Shown here piece by piece: positions 1 to 11,551 of a DNA stretch of 64,000 nucleotides. The notes under the pieces are model-generated. The model did not search any database and was not told the DNA's origin. It worked only from the letters and a program-made list of their open reading frames with translations. Origin of the DNA: Azolla caroliniana (lineage: Eukaryota > Plantae > Polypodiophyta). How positions within the stretch are numbered: position 1 is the stretch's first letter; every line of letters starts with the position of its first letter. The DNA lies in contig JBHGNT010000011.1 of NCBI GenBank assembly GCA_043228905.1, forward strand, positions 10,974,001 through 11,038,000, read 5' to 3'. The position numbers and the translations under genes were made by a program.

Positions 1-2547
1 ACAATGCGAGAAACCCCACAAACGACAGCAGGAAGAGTGCTTCCATTTCTAAACTAGTACCCCGTTTTCTCGGTTTCGGTGACGCCTATGATCGCGTAGA
101 GAGGTTTAAGCAGATATGTCGAGCTTATGAGCCCCTCACAAGGACCACCAAAGTAGCTGCATTCGGACTTACACTCAATGACCAAGATGGAATTTGGTTT
201 AGGGCCTTGAATGAGGACATCGTCACAGATTTCGAGTATGTCATCGAAGATTTCCTAATAAACTTCGCTCGTCGAGGGAATAAATGGAACCCGATTGACC
301 AAAATTTCGCCCTTAAGCAAGAAGAAAACGAGATTGTCAGGGACTACATACGCCGCACGAAAAGCCTTCACCATCGTTGTAGCCTGAGCGACAAGATGTC
401 AGATGACAAATTGATGAGCCGCTTCATCAATGGGTTGTTTGACCTGACACTCCAAAATTTATTGATTGCCAGGATGTGTCGGTCATTCGCTGAAGCTTGC
501 AACGGTAGTGATGACTTTCAAAGATTCAATGAGCAGGTTACGGATACCCACTCAAGCGCCTATGAACAACCGTGAGAAGCCCTCGGATCCCACTCCATCC
601 ACGCCACCGAGACCACCCTGTATAGAAAGACCCCAAGCATACACCCAATGAGAAAATGTAAGGTGTATGGTGTGCCATGGCCATCACACGGGGCATGAGT
701 GCCCGCTTCTCCACCAACGGCGGCCGCAATACTGCAAGTGGTGCAAAGCCTTCGTGATGCATTCTCAAGAGAACTACTGGCAAGCCCCAAACAAAAGGTA
801 TAACCCAACACCAATGGTCGAGCACCCACGCTCACCTCCATCGCTTAGCCGCCCACAACTACCAGCATTACTTCCCCAACAACCCCCACTACCGTGTATC
901 GGTGCTCGCCTCGCTGAACTAGAATACGCCACCGATAACCAAACTCAGGTTGGGGGGGGGGGGGGGGCTGAATATGAAGACTCGTACCAAGAGTACAGAG
1001 TTGAAGAAGAGGTGCTTTCCCACTTCGTGAACTTCGAAGGCGACCAAATACCAATGTACGTCTTGAGAGGAGAACAAAGGGGCCCATCGATGGGATATCG
1101 CAACAATAATGGTCTAAGAATGTCAGAATTGAAATGTTTCAATTGCCAAGGCCCACACATGGTTAGGGAGTGCCCAACCAAACATGAGTACTACAACCGG
1201 ATGGCACAACGACCACGACACCCCCCACTCAAAACGCCCCCACAACCATCGGTACAAAGTCTCACCCAACAGTCACACGACCTTATTGAGTGGTTCCAAA
1301 GAGAAGCATCATGCCCAGTGTGTGGTAAAGGACACTTAGTACCTGATTGCCCAGAAAAAAAGAAACGGATTGGCGCAAATCTGTTATCCATAGTACCATC
1401 AACTGTTGGCGCCAACGTCATCACATGAGCTCAAAGAGTAGCTCATAACTTAAAGTATCATGACCAAGGCCTCCCTGTGACTATGTGTAAGAGACGAAAA
1501 TCCCAAAAAAATGCGTCCATGCAGACCTCAAAGCAAGAGCAAGAACCGGAGGGAGACGTAGAGACAATACCCGTCAACCCTAACCAAGGGCTGCCAGCAC
1601 ACCTGACAGCATACCCAAACCCAGTGGCTGAAAAACAAAAGGGTGAAGAGTACATCAAACTCATACGGCATGAACAGTTCGAAGGATCACTTAGTCTCCC
1701 GAGCCTAAACTTTGACCAACTCGAAGAATGGGTAAATCCTCCACCCCAACGGGTACACCCTCCCTCGTCGTAAAACCAACCGACACCCCCATCTCCCAAC
1801 CTACCCCAATCAAAGAAGTCAACACGACCCTGCTCCAACAAATATTAAATTTAAAATTACGACTCACATTACACGAAGTACAGAGCTACACCGGCACCTT
1901 CGTGACTGACAACCCCCAACTATGACCTATCCTCGCCAAGGAAATAGAGTTCACACTTGAAGAGCTACTCAAACTCGACATCCAACCATGGCACAATGTC
2001 CTTCGCCGCCTCAATGGAGGCCTATCAGCAGGTTATGGAGAAAAGATACACACCCACGTCCCTCATACTACCACAGTCCCTAAATAAGCCGAAGGAACAC
2101 CAATAGATATATGTGGAGCTCACTTCGAGAGTGACAATACTAGTTTCACTCTCCTCGTCTGCTTCAATAGCACGACGTGTGACGCAATCATTGACTCCGG
2201 AGTAGGGGTAAGCCGCCTTGTTTATTAGGGAGGCCATTCCTACGCGTAAGCCGGCTTGTGATGGATTTTGGGAACGATACAATCTATATGCGTAAAAACA
2301 ACAAAACCTTTCGCATCAAAGCATACACACAAAAAGTGCACGAATAAGAAGGCAACCCTCTCGTGGACGACTGGTCAGAAACCACAGACTTCGACACCAA
2401 CCTCCTAGCATGTAACCCTACAAAGACAGTTCAAATCTTGGCTAGGGGTAAACCGTTTCCTCAAAAATCCACTAATCCTAGGGCAGAGAATGCGAGAGAA
2501 GACCAATCCGTAGCTTCCGATGCATCAGAGATGAATTGAGTGCACGC
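1..2547 (+). pseudogene. gag: Element A gag-protease (stops, frameshifts, internal deletion in protease)
   Basis: Retrotransposon gag-like ORF 207-575. Knuckles CFNCQGPHMVREC and CPVCGKGHLVPDC in ORF 667-1428. CDAIIDSGVGVS is followed closely by an LGRPFL-like motif. Confidence 0.8.
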
Positions 2548-3169
2548 TGTCAGGTTGTTTCGGTTTCGCGTGGGAAATAAGGCGGGACCATGGGGGTCCT
2601 GACCGAGGAGAAAGAGAAAGAAGAGGAAGGGAGACTCACAGAAACACAGACAGAAAAAAAAACAGGAGAACCAATTACAATATTAGTAACGATTACAATG
2701 CTTGCAAGATTACAATTGGCTAGCCGACGACAGTCCTAACCCAGACAATCGCACACCCACGGACACACACAGTAGAGCCTTGTCAGAAGGCACACGGTTT
2801 TCCTCGAAGTAGAGGCAACCAACTCAGAACCTGCAGAGAACAATGAAAGAGGAGGAGAGAACTCGGTTCCTAGTTCGACAACACCTCGTCCTTGTCAAAA
2901 ACGCGATTCCTTCTTAGTCTTCTTCCCTTCCCTTTTATAGGCCGCCGGGGAGGGACTGTTACACCCTGGTCACATCACTTTATTCTTTGTCCCTTTGGAC
3001 AGAGATACACATCGATTTCCTAGACAATAAATCTTTCCTACCTAGTATATTTACATCAGCCGACCTATCCCCAATTATGTACTCCTTATCAATACTTGTG
3101 CCCACGCGTAAGGGTCGGTTCACATGCCTTTTTCATCGATTCTGCCTAAGGTCGGTTTTCTTCACAACA
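2548..3169 (-). repeat. Element B 3' LTR
   Basis: TGT...ACA termini; near-identical to 18683-19248. Confidence 0.9.
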
Positions 3170-3243
3170 TTCACCCCCACCAAACCGCACATCCACCGGC
3201 ATGCGCTAGAGAGGGACAAATGTTGGAGAAAACCGGCTCGCGT

Positions 3244-3712
3244 TTACCCGTCGCACTCTGAAACTTCATCCGCTCCGAGCCGGTTGTCATCGTCGCCCTC
3301 GCTTCCCGGGTCCGGCTCGTCTTCATGCTGCTTCTTGAAGGCCTTGATCCTCTTCCCTACTACCGACACCGCTATCCGCGTCCCGTCGAGCTCCACAAGG
3401 TGGTAAGTACCGTTGTTGTTTGTGCTTGTTACGGTGTAGGGCCCGAACCACCTCCTCGCAAACTTTCGCGTCGCCTTGTGCTGATTGTCGAGGCTGTTGT
3501 CATAAACCAGTACCCAGTCGCTGTCCTCGATCTTCTTCGGCCGTAGCCGGTGCGTTCGGTCGAACCAACCTTTGTTCCTTTCCCTTGCCGCATGCAGCTT
3601 CGCCTTTGCCCGCTCCACGTCCTCCGGTTTTCGCTCGAGCTATCGAATCCACGCTGCCAGTAGCTCTTCCCAGCTCATCCAGTCCACCGTGGCCCATGAG
3701 GAGATGGTCCGT
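3244..3712 (-). pseudogene. Element B integrase C-terminus (GPY/F motif, no chromodomain)
   Basis: ORF 3244-3618 contains KFARRWFGPYTV...YHLVELDG. Confidence 0.85.
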
Positions 3713-4244
3713 TGTCGTGAAGATTTCCGGCTATAGTGTGAAACCGGGGTGGAATGGGCAAATCGGCGGTGTGCAACATGTGCACGTGTATACTGGGAAA
3801 TGGTGTGTAGAAAGAAGAGGGGAAATTTTATCCCACATTGTAAGGTCCCTCCCTCCTTGGGCTATAAAAGGAAGGGAGGGGTCACTTATGAAGGGTTGCC
3901 TGTTTTGTGTATGAGAGGTATACCACTTAGTCTAGAGTTCTTACCGTTTTAGGGTTAGGGTTTCGTTTAGGGTTTCCTTATTCATCTTCGGTTAGGGTTT
4001 TCTCATAGTCGTTTGGTGTGGCCCATGCGGCCACCATTGTTGTAATCATTCGTTTGTTTTAATAAATCTTGTTGAGTATCTTACCTCCGCCGGTCTCTCC
4101 TCCAATGTCATGATCTTATTCTTTCTTCTTCTCCTCTTGAGCTAAGCTTCCAAACATATCTTATTCTTTCTCCTCTACTCCCTAGTTCGAGACCCCCATG
4201 GTTCCGCCCCTTCTACATGCACGCGCGTAACTTCGTGACATCTT

Positions 4245-4260
4245 TGGTGAACCCGACGTG
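4245..4260 (+). promoter_or_regulatory. Primer binding site complementary to plant tRNA-Trp 3' end (also at 10090-10105, 17477-17492, 18663-18678 on minus strand)
   Basis: TGGTGAACCCGACGTG lies 4-5 nt after the LTR end and matches the recalled plant tRNA-Trp(CCA) end ...CACGUCGGGUUCACCA. Confidence 0.8.
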
Positions 4261-4277
4261 AAGGGCGGCAAGGGAGC

Positions 4278-7200
4278 ATGGAGATGGAAGAAGACTTCGA
4301 CTTCGAGGAGATGATGGCAAAGATCGTGATGGAAGCTGGACGGAAGATGGCGAAGCGAGATGCGGCTCAACAAGCCGTCGAAAGGGTGGTCGATCGAGTC
4401 GGCCGGTTCAATGGGGACAATGTCCCAAGATTCTTAGTAGCATACAATGCCGAGATGATGAAGGAGGGTGTAGACGAAGCGACAAGGCTAGATTTTTTTT
4501 GTCGAGTGGCGGGCGTAGCAAGGTACGAAGAGGTCAAGGAGCTCCGAGAAGCTCACGAGTCATGGGAGTCCTTTGAGGGAGCGCTATTGGACGCATACGG
4601 ATACGCGAAACCGGAGTGGGTATGCCGGCAACCCGATGGGGAGCGGTCGGCAACAACGTGGCCCATGAGCGGCGGAGAAGAGAGGGCGGTGAGCGGCTAC
4701 GCACTACCGTCGGAAGAGAGCTCAACGCAAAACGGTTCGGAGGAGCTCGACCTAGAAGCGCTAATACGGGAGGCATGCGAGCTTGTGAAGGGGAGAATCG
4801 AAGCCGTAGAAGGGCTTATTATGGAGTCGGGCCGGAGGCGATTGGAGGATGCGGAGGAAGAAGCCTCCCTAAGCGTAGAAGACGGGGGCCTATACGGAGG
4901 CCGGAAGAGCATACGACGACGACATGGGAGAGGGTGCGGAGCAATCGACCCTCTTGCCTTGCGGTGAAGGGATGACCATGGAGGCCGGTAACTAAGGATT
5001 TGGGACATGGCGGCCGGAAACATCGAGTGGGGAGGACACAACGAGCGGTGGTGCTGGGTCCTTACCCACATCGGTCCTAGAGGCTCCGGCGGTTGGCCCG
5101 AGTGCCGGCGTGAGACCTAGAGCGACGGGCGGCGGCGGCGGCAAGGCGGGCAACCAAGACGACGGCAAGGAGATCGAGGAAGAGGAGGCCGCAAGCGTAA
5201 TCGAGACTTCCGCGATCGGAGATGGGGTAGCCACGGACAACGACGTCCGGACGGAGGCGGCTATGGACACAACGAGCGGTGGTGCCGGGTCCTTACCCAC
5301 ACCGGTCCTAGAGACTCCGGCGGTCGGCCCGAATGCCGACGTGAGTCCTAGAGCGACGGGCGGTGGCGACGGCAAGGCGGGCAACCAAGACGAGGACGAG
5401 GACGAGGAGGTAGCAAGCATAACCGAGGCTTGCGTAACCGGGGACGAGATAGCCACGGACCACGACGTCCGAACGAAGGTGGCTACAAACATGACATCGG
5501 CGAGTGATGGTACCAAGACTTTTCCCGCACCTATTCTAGAGACTTCGGTGGTCGGCCCCGAGAGCCCACGTGAGACCGGAGAGATGGAAGGTGGCGGTGG
5601 CAAAGTGGACGACCGAAACGACGACGAGGAAGGTCATAGCAGACGAAGGAAAGAACCCTCGACACTGGGGCCAGAGACTACGACGGTTGCGCTCGAATGC
5701 CAACATAAGACCGGAGAGAAGGGCGGTGGCCGTGAGGAGGCGTGGCCCGGAGCAAACACGTACGAAGATGAGGATGCGAGGCCCGGAACAGGCATGTACA
5801 AGAGGACCAACAGAGAGGTCGGGAGCGGCAAAGAGGAGAGAGTCGGGAACCGATCCAACCGGAAGATGAACCGGCCGATAATCCGACACGACCGGAAGAC
5901 GACGCGGAAGAAGATTGGAGCGGGGTCCGGTCAACCGGGCCCGAACAGAAGAAGAGCCGGCAAGGCCGGATTTGTTCGGACAAACATGTACCGGCCAGTT
6001 ACGATTACGGAAGGGAGCCGACCAAACCGGAACTCGATCGGCCACAACACCCAGTGGGAGCTGATGAGCATGAGAAGGAGGCCAAGCATGCACGAGGAGT
6101 ACGACTCGGTGGGAGGCCAAGAGCGAGAGGAGCCCTCTACATCTATCCTTGAGACTTTGGCGGTTGCGGGTCGACGTAAGACCAAAGAGATGGCGGGTGG
6201 CAGCGAGGAGTCGAAGATCGGAACGGACGAGGCTACCAGAACGGGTACTCAGTGCGTGAAGACGGACGAGCATGGCCAAGACGACAAGCCAGAGTTGGAA
6301 GGGGCTACGGCAACGAAGGACGAAGAGACCGACGCGGAGGTCGGGTCTACGACGGACGAGGCGCGTAATACGAAGTATGCACTATGGCGTAAAACAGAGC
6401 ATGCACTACGACTGGCGAAGGGCCAAGAAGCAAGCATGCAGTCGGAAGAGCGGCAACGAGTGACCGGCAATGGCAGACAGGTTGAGCCTTTGAGAGGCAA
6501 GCACGCTGCAAGAGACGGAGCGGTGAGTTGCCGGGATCAACGGATGAACGACGAAAGCGGAGGATGGTGCGCAGAGAGCAAAGAGTTATGCACCGGGGAG
6601 AGTCAAAGCGGCGGCTTCCCGGAGGGCATGCAAGGCCAAGCGGGCCAAGAAGGCGCAAGTCGAGGCGAGGCGGTAACGAGAGCCTCGAGGAACGTTGACA
6701 CGGAGGTCGGGATGACGGTATGCTCTACGGCGAGAGAGCACGACGGGCAAAGGAGAAGCAAGGAACGGGGAATGGGGTCGCCTAAGGGCCAAAGAATGAG
6801 CAACATCGGCGCACGGGAAGAGCCTACGGAAGGCAAGCGCGAAGCGGGAAGAGTCGACACAACGAGGTGTTCGGCATGCAGAGACGATAAAACCAAAGGA
6901 GCGGCACGCAAAGGGCAGAAACCGGAGTGCGATCGGAGAGATCCGGAGCGCATCCAAAGGACATACGAGGCGGACCAAGAGGGTGTACCTCGGGGCAAAG
7001 CGGCAACATCAGAGATTGCGGAGGACACCGAAGATGAGAGCATTGACACGGATGTCGGGGAAGCAACGTACCTTTTCAAAAGGGTACGCGGAGCGAAGGG
7101 GAGTGCGAGACGTGCGATGTGGCCTCGTAAGGGCCAAGCGACGAGCACGAGGATGATCGACGACGAAGTTCGGCGCACGATAGTGCCGAGTCGAGGAAGC

Positions 7201-7635
7201 GACCAAGGCAAGACAAGCGTGGATGACGAGCACATGGTGCGATATTCGGCAAACAGTCGGGAAGAACGAGGATTCGGTCCGAGGTCGCGCACGGAAACGA
7301 AGAAAGACAAAGAAAGGTTTGCGAAGGCTGGGTCTGGCGGACCGGGCGGAGATAGTGGTTCGGTGAACTCCGTCGAGTATGGTGGATCGGATGGAGCTGA
7401 CGGTTCGAGAGCAAACGACGGATATGGCGGATCGGGTGGAGCCGTCGGTTCGGGGATAGGCGGTGGACGCGGTGGACGGGCCGGGGCCGGTAAGGAGCCG
7501 GCAAGGGACCGACAAGACGGTTGGGTGCCGGTAAGGCGAAAGACCCGGTTGATCACCGTCGCCGAAATCTCTCACCCTTTTCCTTTCTTGGCACATACCA
7601 GTGGATGTGCGGTTTGGTGGGGGTGGATGTCGTGA
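4278..7635 (+). pseudogene. Element C gag N-terminus plus long acidic/Gly-rich repetitive extension (ORFs 4278-4967 and 5110-7635)
   Basis: AQQAVERVVDRVGRFNGDNVPRFL resembles the gag start of D and E. An 841-aa low-complexity ORF follows, with ~230-bp tandem units at ~5035-5500. Confidence 0.7.
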
Positions 7636-8175
7636 AGATTTCTGGCTATAGTGTGAAACCGGGGTGGAATGGGCAAATTGGTGGTGTGCAACATGTGCAC
7701 GTGTATACTAGGAAATGGTGTGTAGAAAGAAGAGGGGAAATTTTATCCCACATTGTAAGGTCCCTCCCTCCTTAGGCTATAAAAGGAAGGGAGGGGTCAC
7801 TTATGAAGGGTTGCTTATTTTGTGTATGAGAGGTATACCACTTAGTCTAGAGTTCTTATCGTTTTAGGGTTAGGGTTTTGTTTAGGGTTTCCTTATTCAT
7901 CTTTGGTTAGGGTTTTCTCATAGTCGTTTGGTGCGGCCCATGTGGCCACCATTGTTGTAATCATTCGTTTGTTTTAATAAATCTTGTTGAGTATCTTACC
8001 TCCGTGATCAACCGAGTTCCCCCGCATGCTCGTCTGACTTCATCTTCCACTTCGAGTATGACCAATCTTTTCAACCGAACCACCGTAGCCACCCGATCCA
8101 CCATATTTGACGCTCACACCTTTTGAATGATGTCGTCGATCCGATCACTCTTCCTTCGTCCACCGCGCGTGTCCT

Positions 8176-10066
8176 TCAATTGGACTCCTGGCCACTCCTT
8201 GCGCTCACCGTCTTCAATTGGGTGTTGTGGATTGTTCGTGTCGATCTCCGATTAGGCCGGGTTTGCCCTGGTCCGGATCGGTCTCCGCTGATCGCCTCTT
8301 GGCTCGGTTGGCCTTCGTCTGCATTCGCATTTCGCCGAGTCGGGCTCGACCGATTGATTCCGGCCGGGTCGGCCCCCTTTTGGATCGGGATCGTCCGATC
8401 GATTTCCACCGAATTAGGTTTCGGACGGTTCGGTCCCGGTCGATCGGCTCCCATGTGGATCTTCCTTCGTTCCGGCCGGATTGTCTTCCGGTTTGACCGG
8501 TCCTCGACTCTTCCTTGCTTCCCGCATGCCGCCTCTCCATCGAACTTAATCGCGGCTTCATCCTTGGCCTCCTCGTCGGCCACATCCTTCCCTCCGTGTA
8601 TGCTCGCCTCGAGCCATATTGTGTCCTCTCTGCCACCTCCTTTATCTTCGGTCTTATGTTGACACACGGTTTCGACTGCCGAAGTCTCCGGAACCGGTGT
8701 GAAGGAATCCCTTTGTTCATGCACATTTACCTTGTCTTCCTCATCGCCCTTCCGGTCCTCCGCTTTTCCGTCGACACATTCCGTCTCTCCGGTCTCACGT
8801 TGGCGCATGTGCACAACCGCCGAAGTCTCTAGAATAGGTGTGGGGATATCCTTTCGTCCTCGATCTTCTTCCCCCTTGTATTGGGGCTTCGTCTTCTCGT
8901 CACCAGCTTCCGTCTCTCCGGTCTCACGTTGGCACACGGGTGCAACCGCCGAAGTCTCTGGAACAAGTGTCGAGAAAGTCTCGACATGGCTATCCGCCGT
9001 CGACTCGTCCATAGCCACCTCCGACTCGATGTCGTTTGTCATGGCTACCTCCTCAATCACATCGGACTCAAACACTTTATCTCCCTCGATCATGCAAGCT
9101 TTTCTCATGCTTGGATCGTCATCACCCGATGTTTCATACACAATGCGTGTTCCGAAACATTTATCCTCCCTCGAATTGGCGTTCGCCGTCCTCGAGTCAT
9201 CAGCCTCCTCCTTGGCCGTCGTTTCTTCGTAATACAAGAAGGTGACTTGTTTCGCACCTTCTCTCTCGGTATCGTCATACCGAACCTGAGCCTTTGTATC
9301 GGCCACTTCATTAACCCGCATTTGTTGGGAGGTCTCTTCTTCCTCAATCACCATTCGCCTCGGTTTTGTCTCCCTTTTAAGCGTCATTTCTTTTGTTGGT
9401 GGCGCGTTGCTGCATCTCGTCCCTCATGGGCTGTCTTGTTGTCGTCGATATTCTCGCTCGCCCCTTATCGTGTAGTCGGCATACACTTTCCACTTTTTTC
9501 CAATCCTCGATGAGGCCATTTGCACCATCATCTTCTTCGAGTTTGAGGCCGATGGCCATCGTTTCCATTCGATCGATTGACTTCACGAACATAAGGACCT
9601 TATCGACCCCCGCCAATCTTTGTTCCTGCTCCAAGAGTTGAGAAAAACGACGCTCGAAGTCTACGAATGCTTGTGTCGCGCCTTGGTGGGTCTTCACTGA
9701 TGTCACCCATTGGTCAAAATTGTGTCGATTTCGCCCCTTCAGTCTCTCATAGCAATATTCCTCCAATAGAGCCTTCTCGAAAGTCGCCCACGAATCATGA
9801 GCTTCTAGAAGCTCTTTTACATGTTTGAAGATCAGTTGAGACACCACTTGACAAAAGTACTCAAGCCTCATAGCTTCATCCACACCTCTTGAATTCATCT
9901 CCGCATTGTAAACTTTTAGAAAATTTTGGACTTCGGCGCCGTTGAAATAGCTTACTCGCTCGACTACCCTCTCAACAGCTTGTTGGGCTTCATTTCGTTT
10001 TTTCCCTTCTCTCAGAAACTCCATCATCCTTTTTGACATTGCCTCCATGAGATATTCACCATCCAT
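8176..10066 (-). pseudogene. Element D gag plus acidic repetitive extension (one frameshift near 9380)
   Basis: AQQAVERVVERVSYFNGAEVQNFL gag start; repeated P(I/V)(L/P)ETSAV...RETGE peptide shared with C. Confidence 0.75.
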
Positions 10067-10549
10067 CTTTGTCCTCCCCTGCTGCTCTTCACGTCGGGTT
10101 CACCAAATGATGTCGCAAAGATTCGCACGTGCGTGTGCTACTCGAGCGACCACCGGGGTCTTGGACTGGGCAGGACGTTCGCGGAATTATCGGAGAGATG
10201 ACGTTCAATGTAAGATAGGATGAAATTTGTTCACTTGAGAAGAAGAAAGATTGTACACTTGAGAAGTAGAAAAATATGAAGAAGATAAAGCCAAATATAA
10301 TTATATTGATGATAGTGGTGTTGGTGATATCACATATTGAGCCCCCCTTTACACAAGCTCCATTAGGGTTTTTATAGCTCTCTTCATGTACAAAACCATG
10401 GGTTTAGAACCATGGTTTTGGGGACACGGTTTTGCTTATGACATGCACAATCCATGGGTTTAGAACCATGGTTTTGTGCACATGGTTTTCTATGGTTGTT
10501 TTGCCTATAATTCATATATGAAAAGGAAATACATAAAAGCTACACTATA

Positions 10550-10622
10550 TGATAATTGTCTTAGTGGTAAGGCAAGCATCTTGTCTTTTAGAGGTGCAAG
10601 GTTCAAACCTTGCTTGCACCCC
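10550..10622 (+). promoter_or_regulatory. tRNA-like Pol III A/B-box cassette in D LTR (antisense to element)
   Basis: A-box-like TGTCTTAGTGG at 10557 and B-box GGTTCAAACCT at 10600, 43 nt apart; hairpin GCAAGG-TTCAAA-CCTTGC. Confidence 0.55.
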
Positions 10623-10706
10623 TCTGTATGAACTCAAGTGCCACTAGGCCTTAGGCTTATTTGCTAAGTGCGTGTGTAATGTTGCACATCCTTGGTTTAT
10701 TCGTCT

Positions 10707-11508
10707 TGTTGAGAACTAGTCGTTCCTTATGCTCAACGCTCGACCACAACCGAGCTTAGAATCATACACAGAAAACGGGAAGTAAATGCACGACACAAAG
10801 GAGAGAAAAGGTACACAGGATGTTTACGTGGAAAACCCAAACTAAGGGAAAAACCACGGCAGCCCACAGGCTGCAAACTATCACTATGTTGAAATGTACA
10901 AACAGTGAGTTCACGGAGGCAACGACCTCGTGCTCACGATCTTCGCCACAGGCGGCGGTTACAACAGAGGCAACGACCTCTTTCTCTCTCTCTCTCTCTG
11001 TACACTATTACGCGCTCTAATCTCGTGCAAAACGGGAATGACAACAACAACCATAACTAAAAGTTTGCCCTAAGTCATATTTATACTAATATGACTTTTC
11101 AGCTATTTACAAATATAGCCTCGATGGACTCTCAAAAACATATTTACGAATATGTCTCTTCATCCGGTTCCCACCGGGTCTACACCATCCGGCTCTCCGT
11201 AGCCGGGTACTCCTCATCCGGATCTCACCGGGTTTGCATCCTCCGGCTCTCCGTAGCCGGGTACTCCTTATCCGGTTCTCACCGGGTCTACGTCATCCGG
11301 CTCTCCGTAGCCGGGTACTCATCTAGTTCTCGCCGGGTCTGCGTCATTCGGCTCCCCGTAGCCGGATACTCCTCATCCGGTTCTCACCGGGTTTGCACCA
11401 TCCGGCTCTCCGTAGTCGGGTACTCCTCATTCGGTTTCGGCCTCGACCGAGTTTGTTCATCGGCACTGTTCTTCTCTCTTCCCATCCGGAGGGACCTGTC
11501 TCCCAACA
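10707..11508 (-). mobile_element. Solo LTR of a Ty1/copia family related to G
   Basis: TG...CA termini and perfect TSD CGTCT (10702-10706 / 11509-11513). The U3 start and CCGGATGA-rich repeats resemble the G LTR. Confidence 0.92.
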
Positions 11509-11551
11509 CGTCTCACTCGGTTTCACATTGTAGCCGAAAATCGTCACGACA

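Larger units (their letters stand above)
3713..8004 (+). mobile_element. Element C: non-autonomous gag-only LTR element
   Basis: LTRs 3713-4240 and 7628-8004 (second truncated). Trp PBS TGGTGAACCCGACGTG 4245-4260; PPT 7601-7627 shared with B. No RT, RH or INT between the LTRs. Confidence 0.88.
8005..11551 (-). mobile_element. Element D: non-autonomous gag-only relative of C (3' end deleted)
   Basis: 5' LTR 10111-11551 (interrupted by a copia solo LTR) starts TGTCGTGACGATTTTCGGCTACAATGTGAAACCG, like C. Trp PBS 10090-10105; ORFs 9377-10066 and 8176-9387. Confidence 0.85.

Noticed and set aside
3948-4000. Interstitial telomere or chromosome fusion scar
   Set aside because: There are only a few dispersed units, duplicated as part of both C LTRs.
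6603-7556. Long antisense ORFs over C, D, G and other pol regions
   Set aside because: They are shadow frames of GC-rich or repetitive coding sequence with no domain motifs.
5110-7635. 841-aa ORF as a captured host gene
   Set aside because: It has no recognisable domain, is low complexity, lies between C's LTRs and is homologous to D's gag extension.
8001-8005. TCCGT as the right TSD of C
   Set aside because: It matches the left flank, but TCCG is internal LTR sequence and what follows is D rather than B, so it is more likely a deletion junction.
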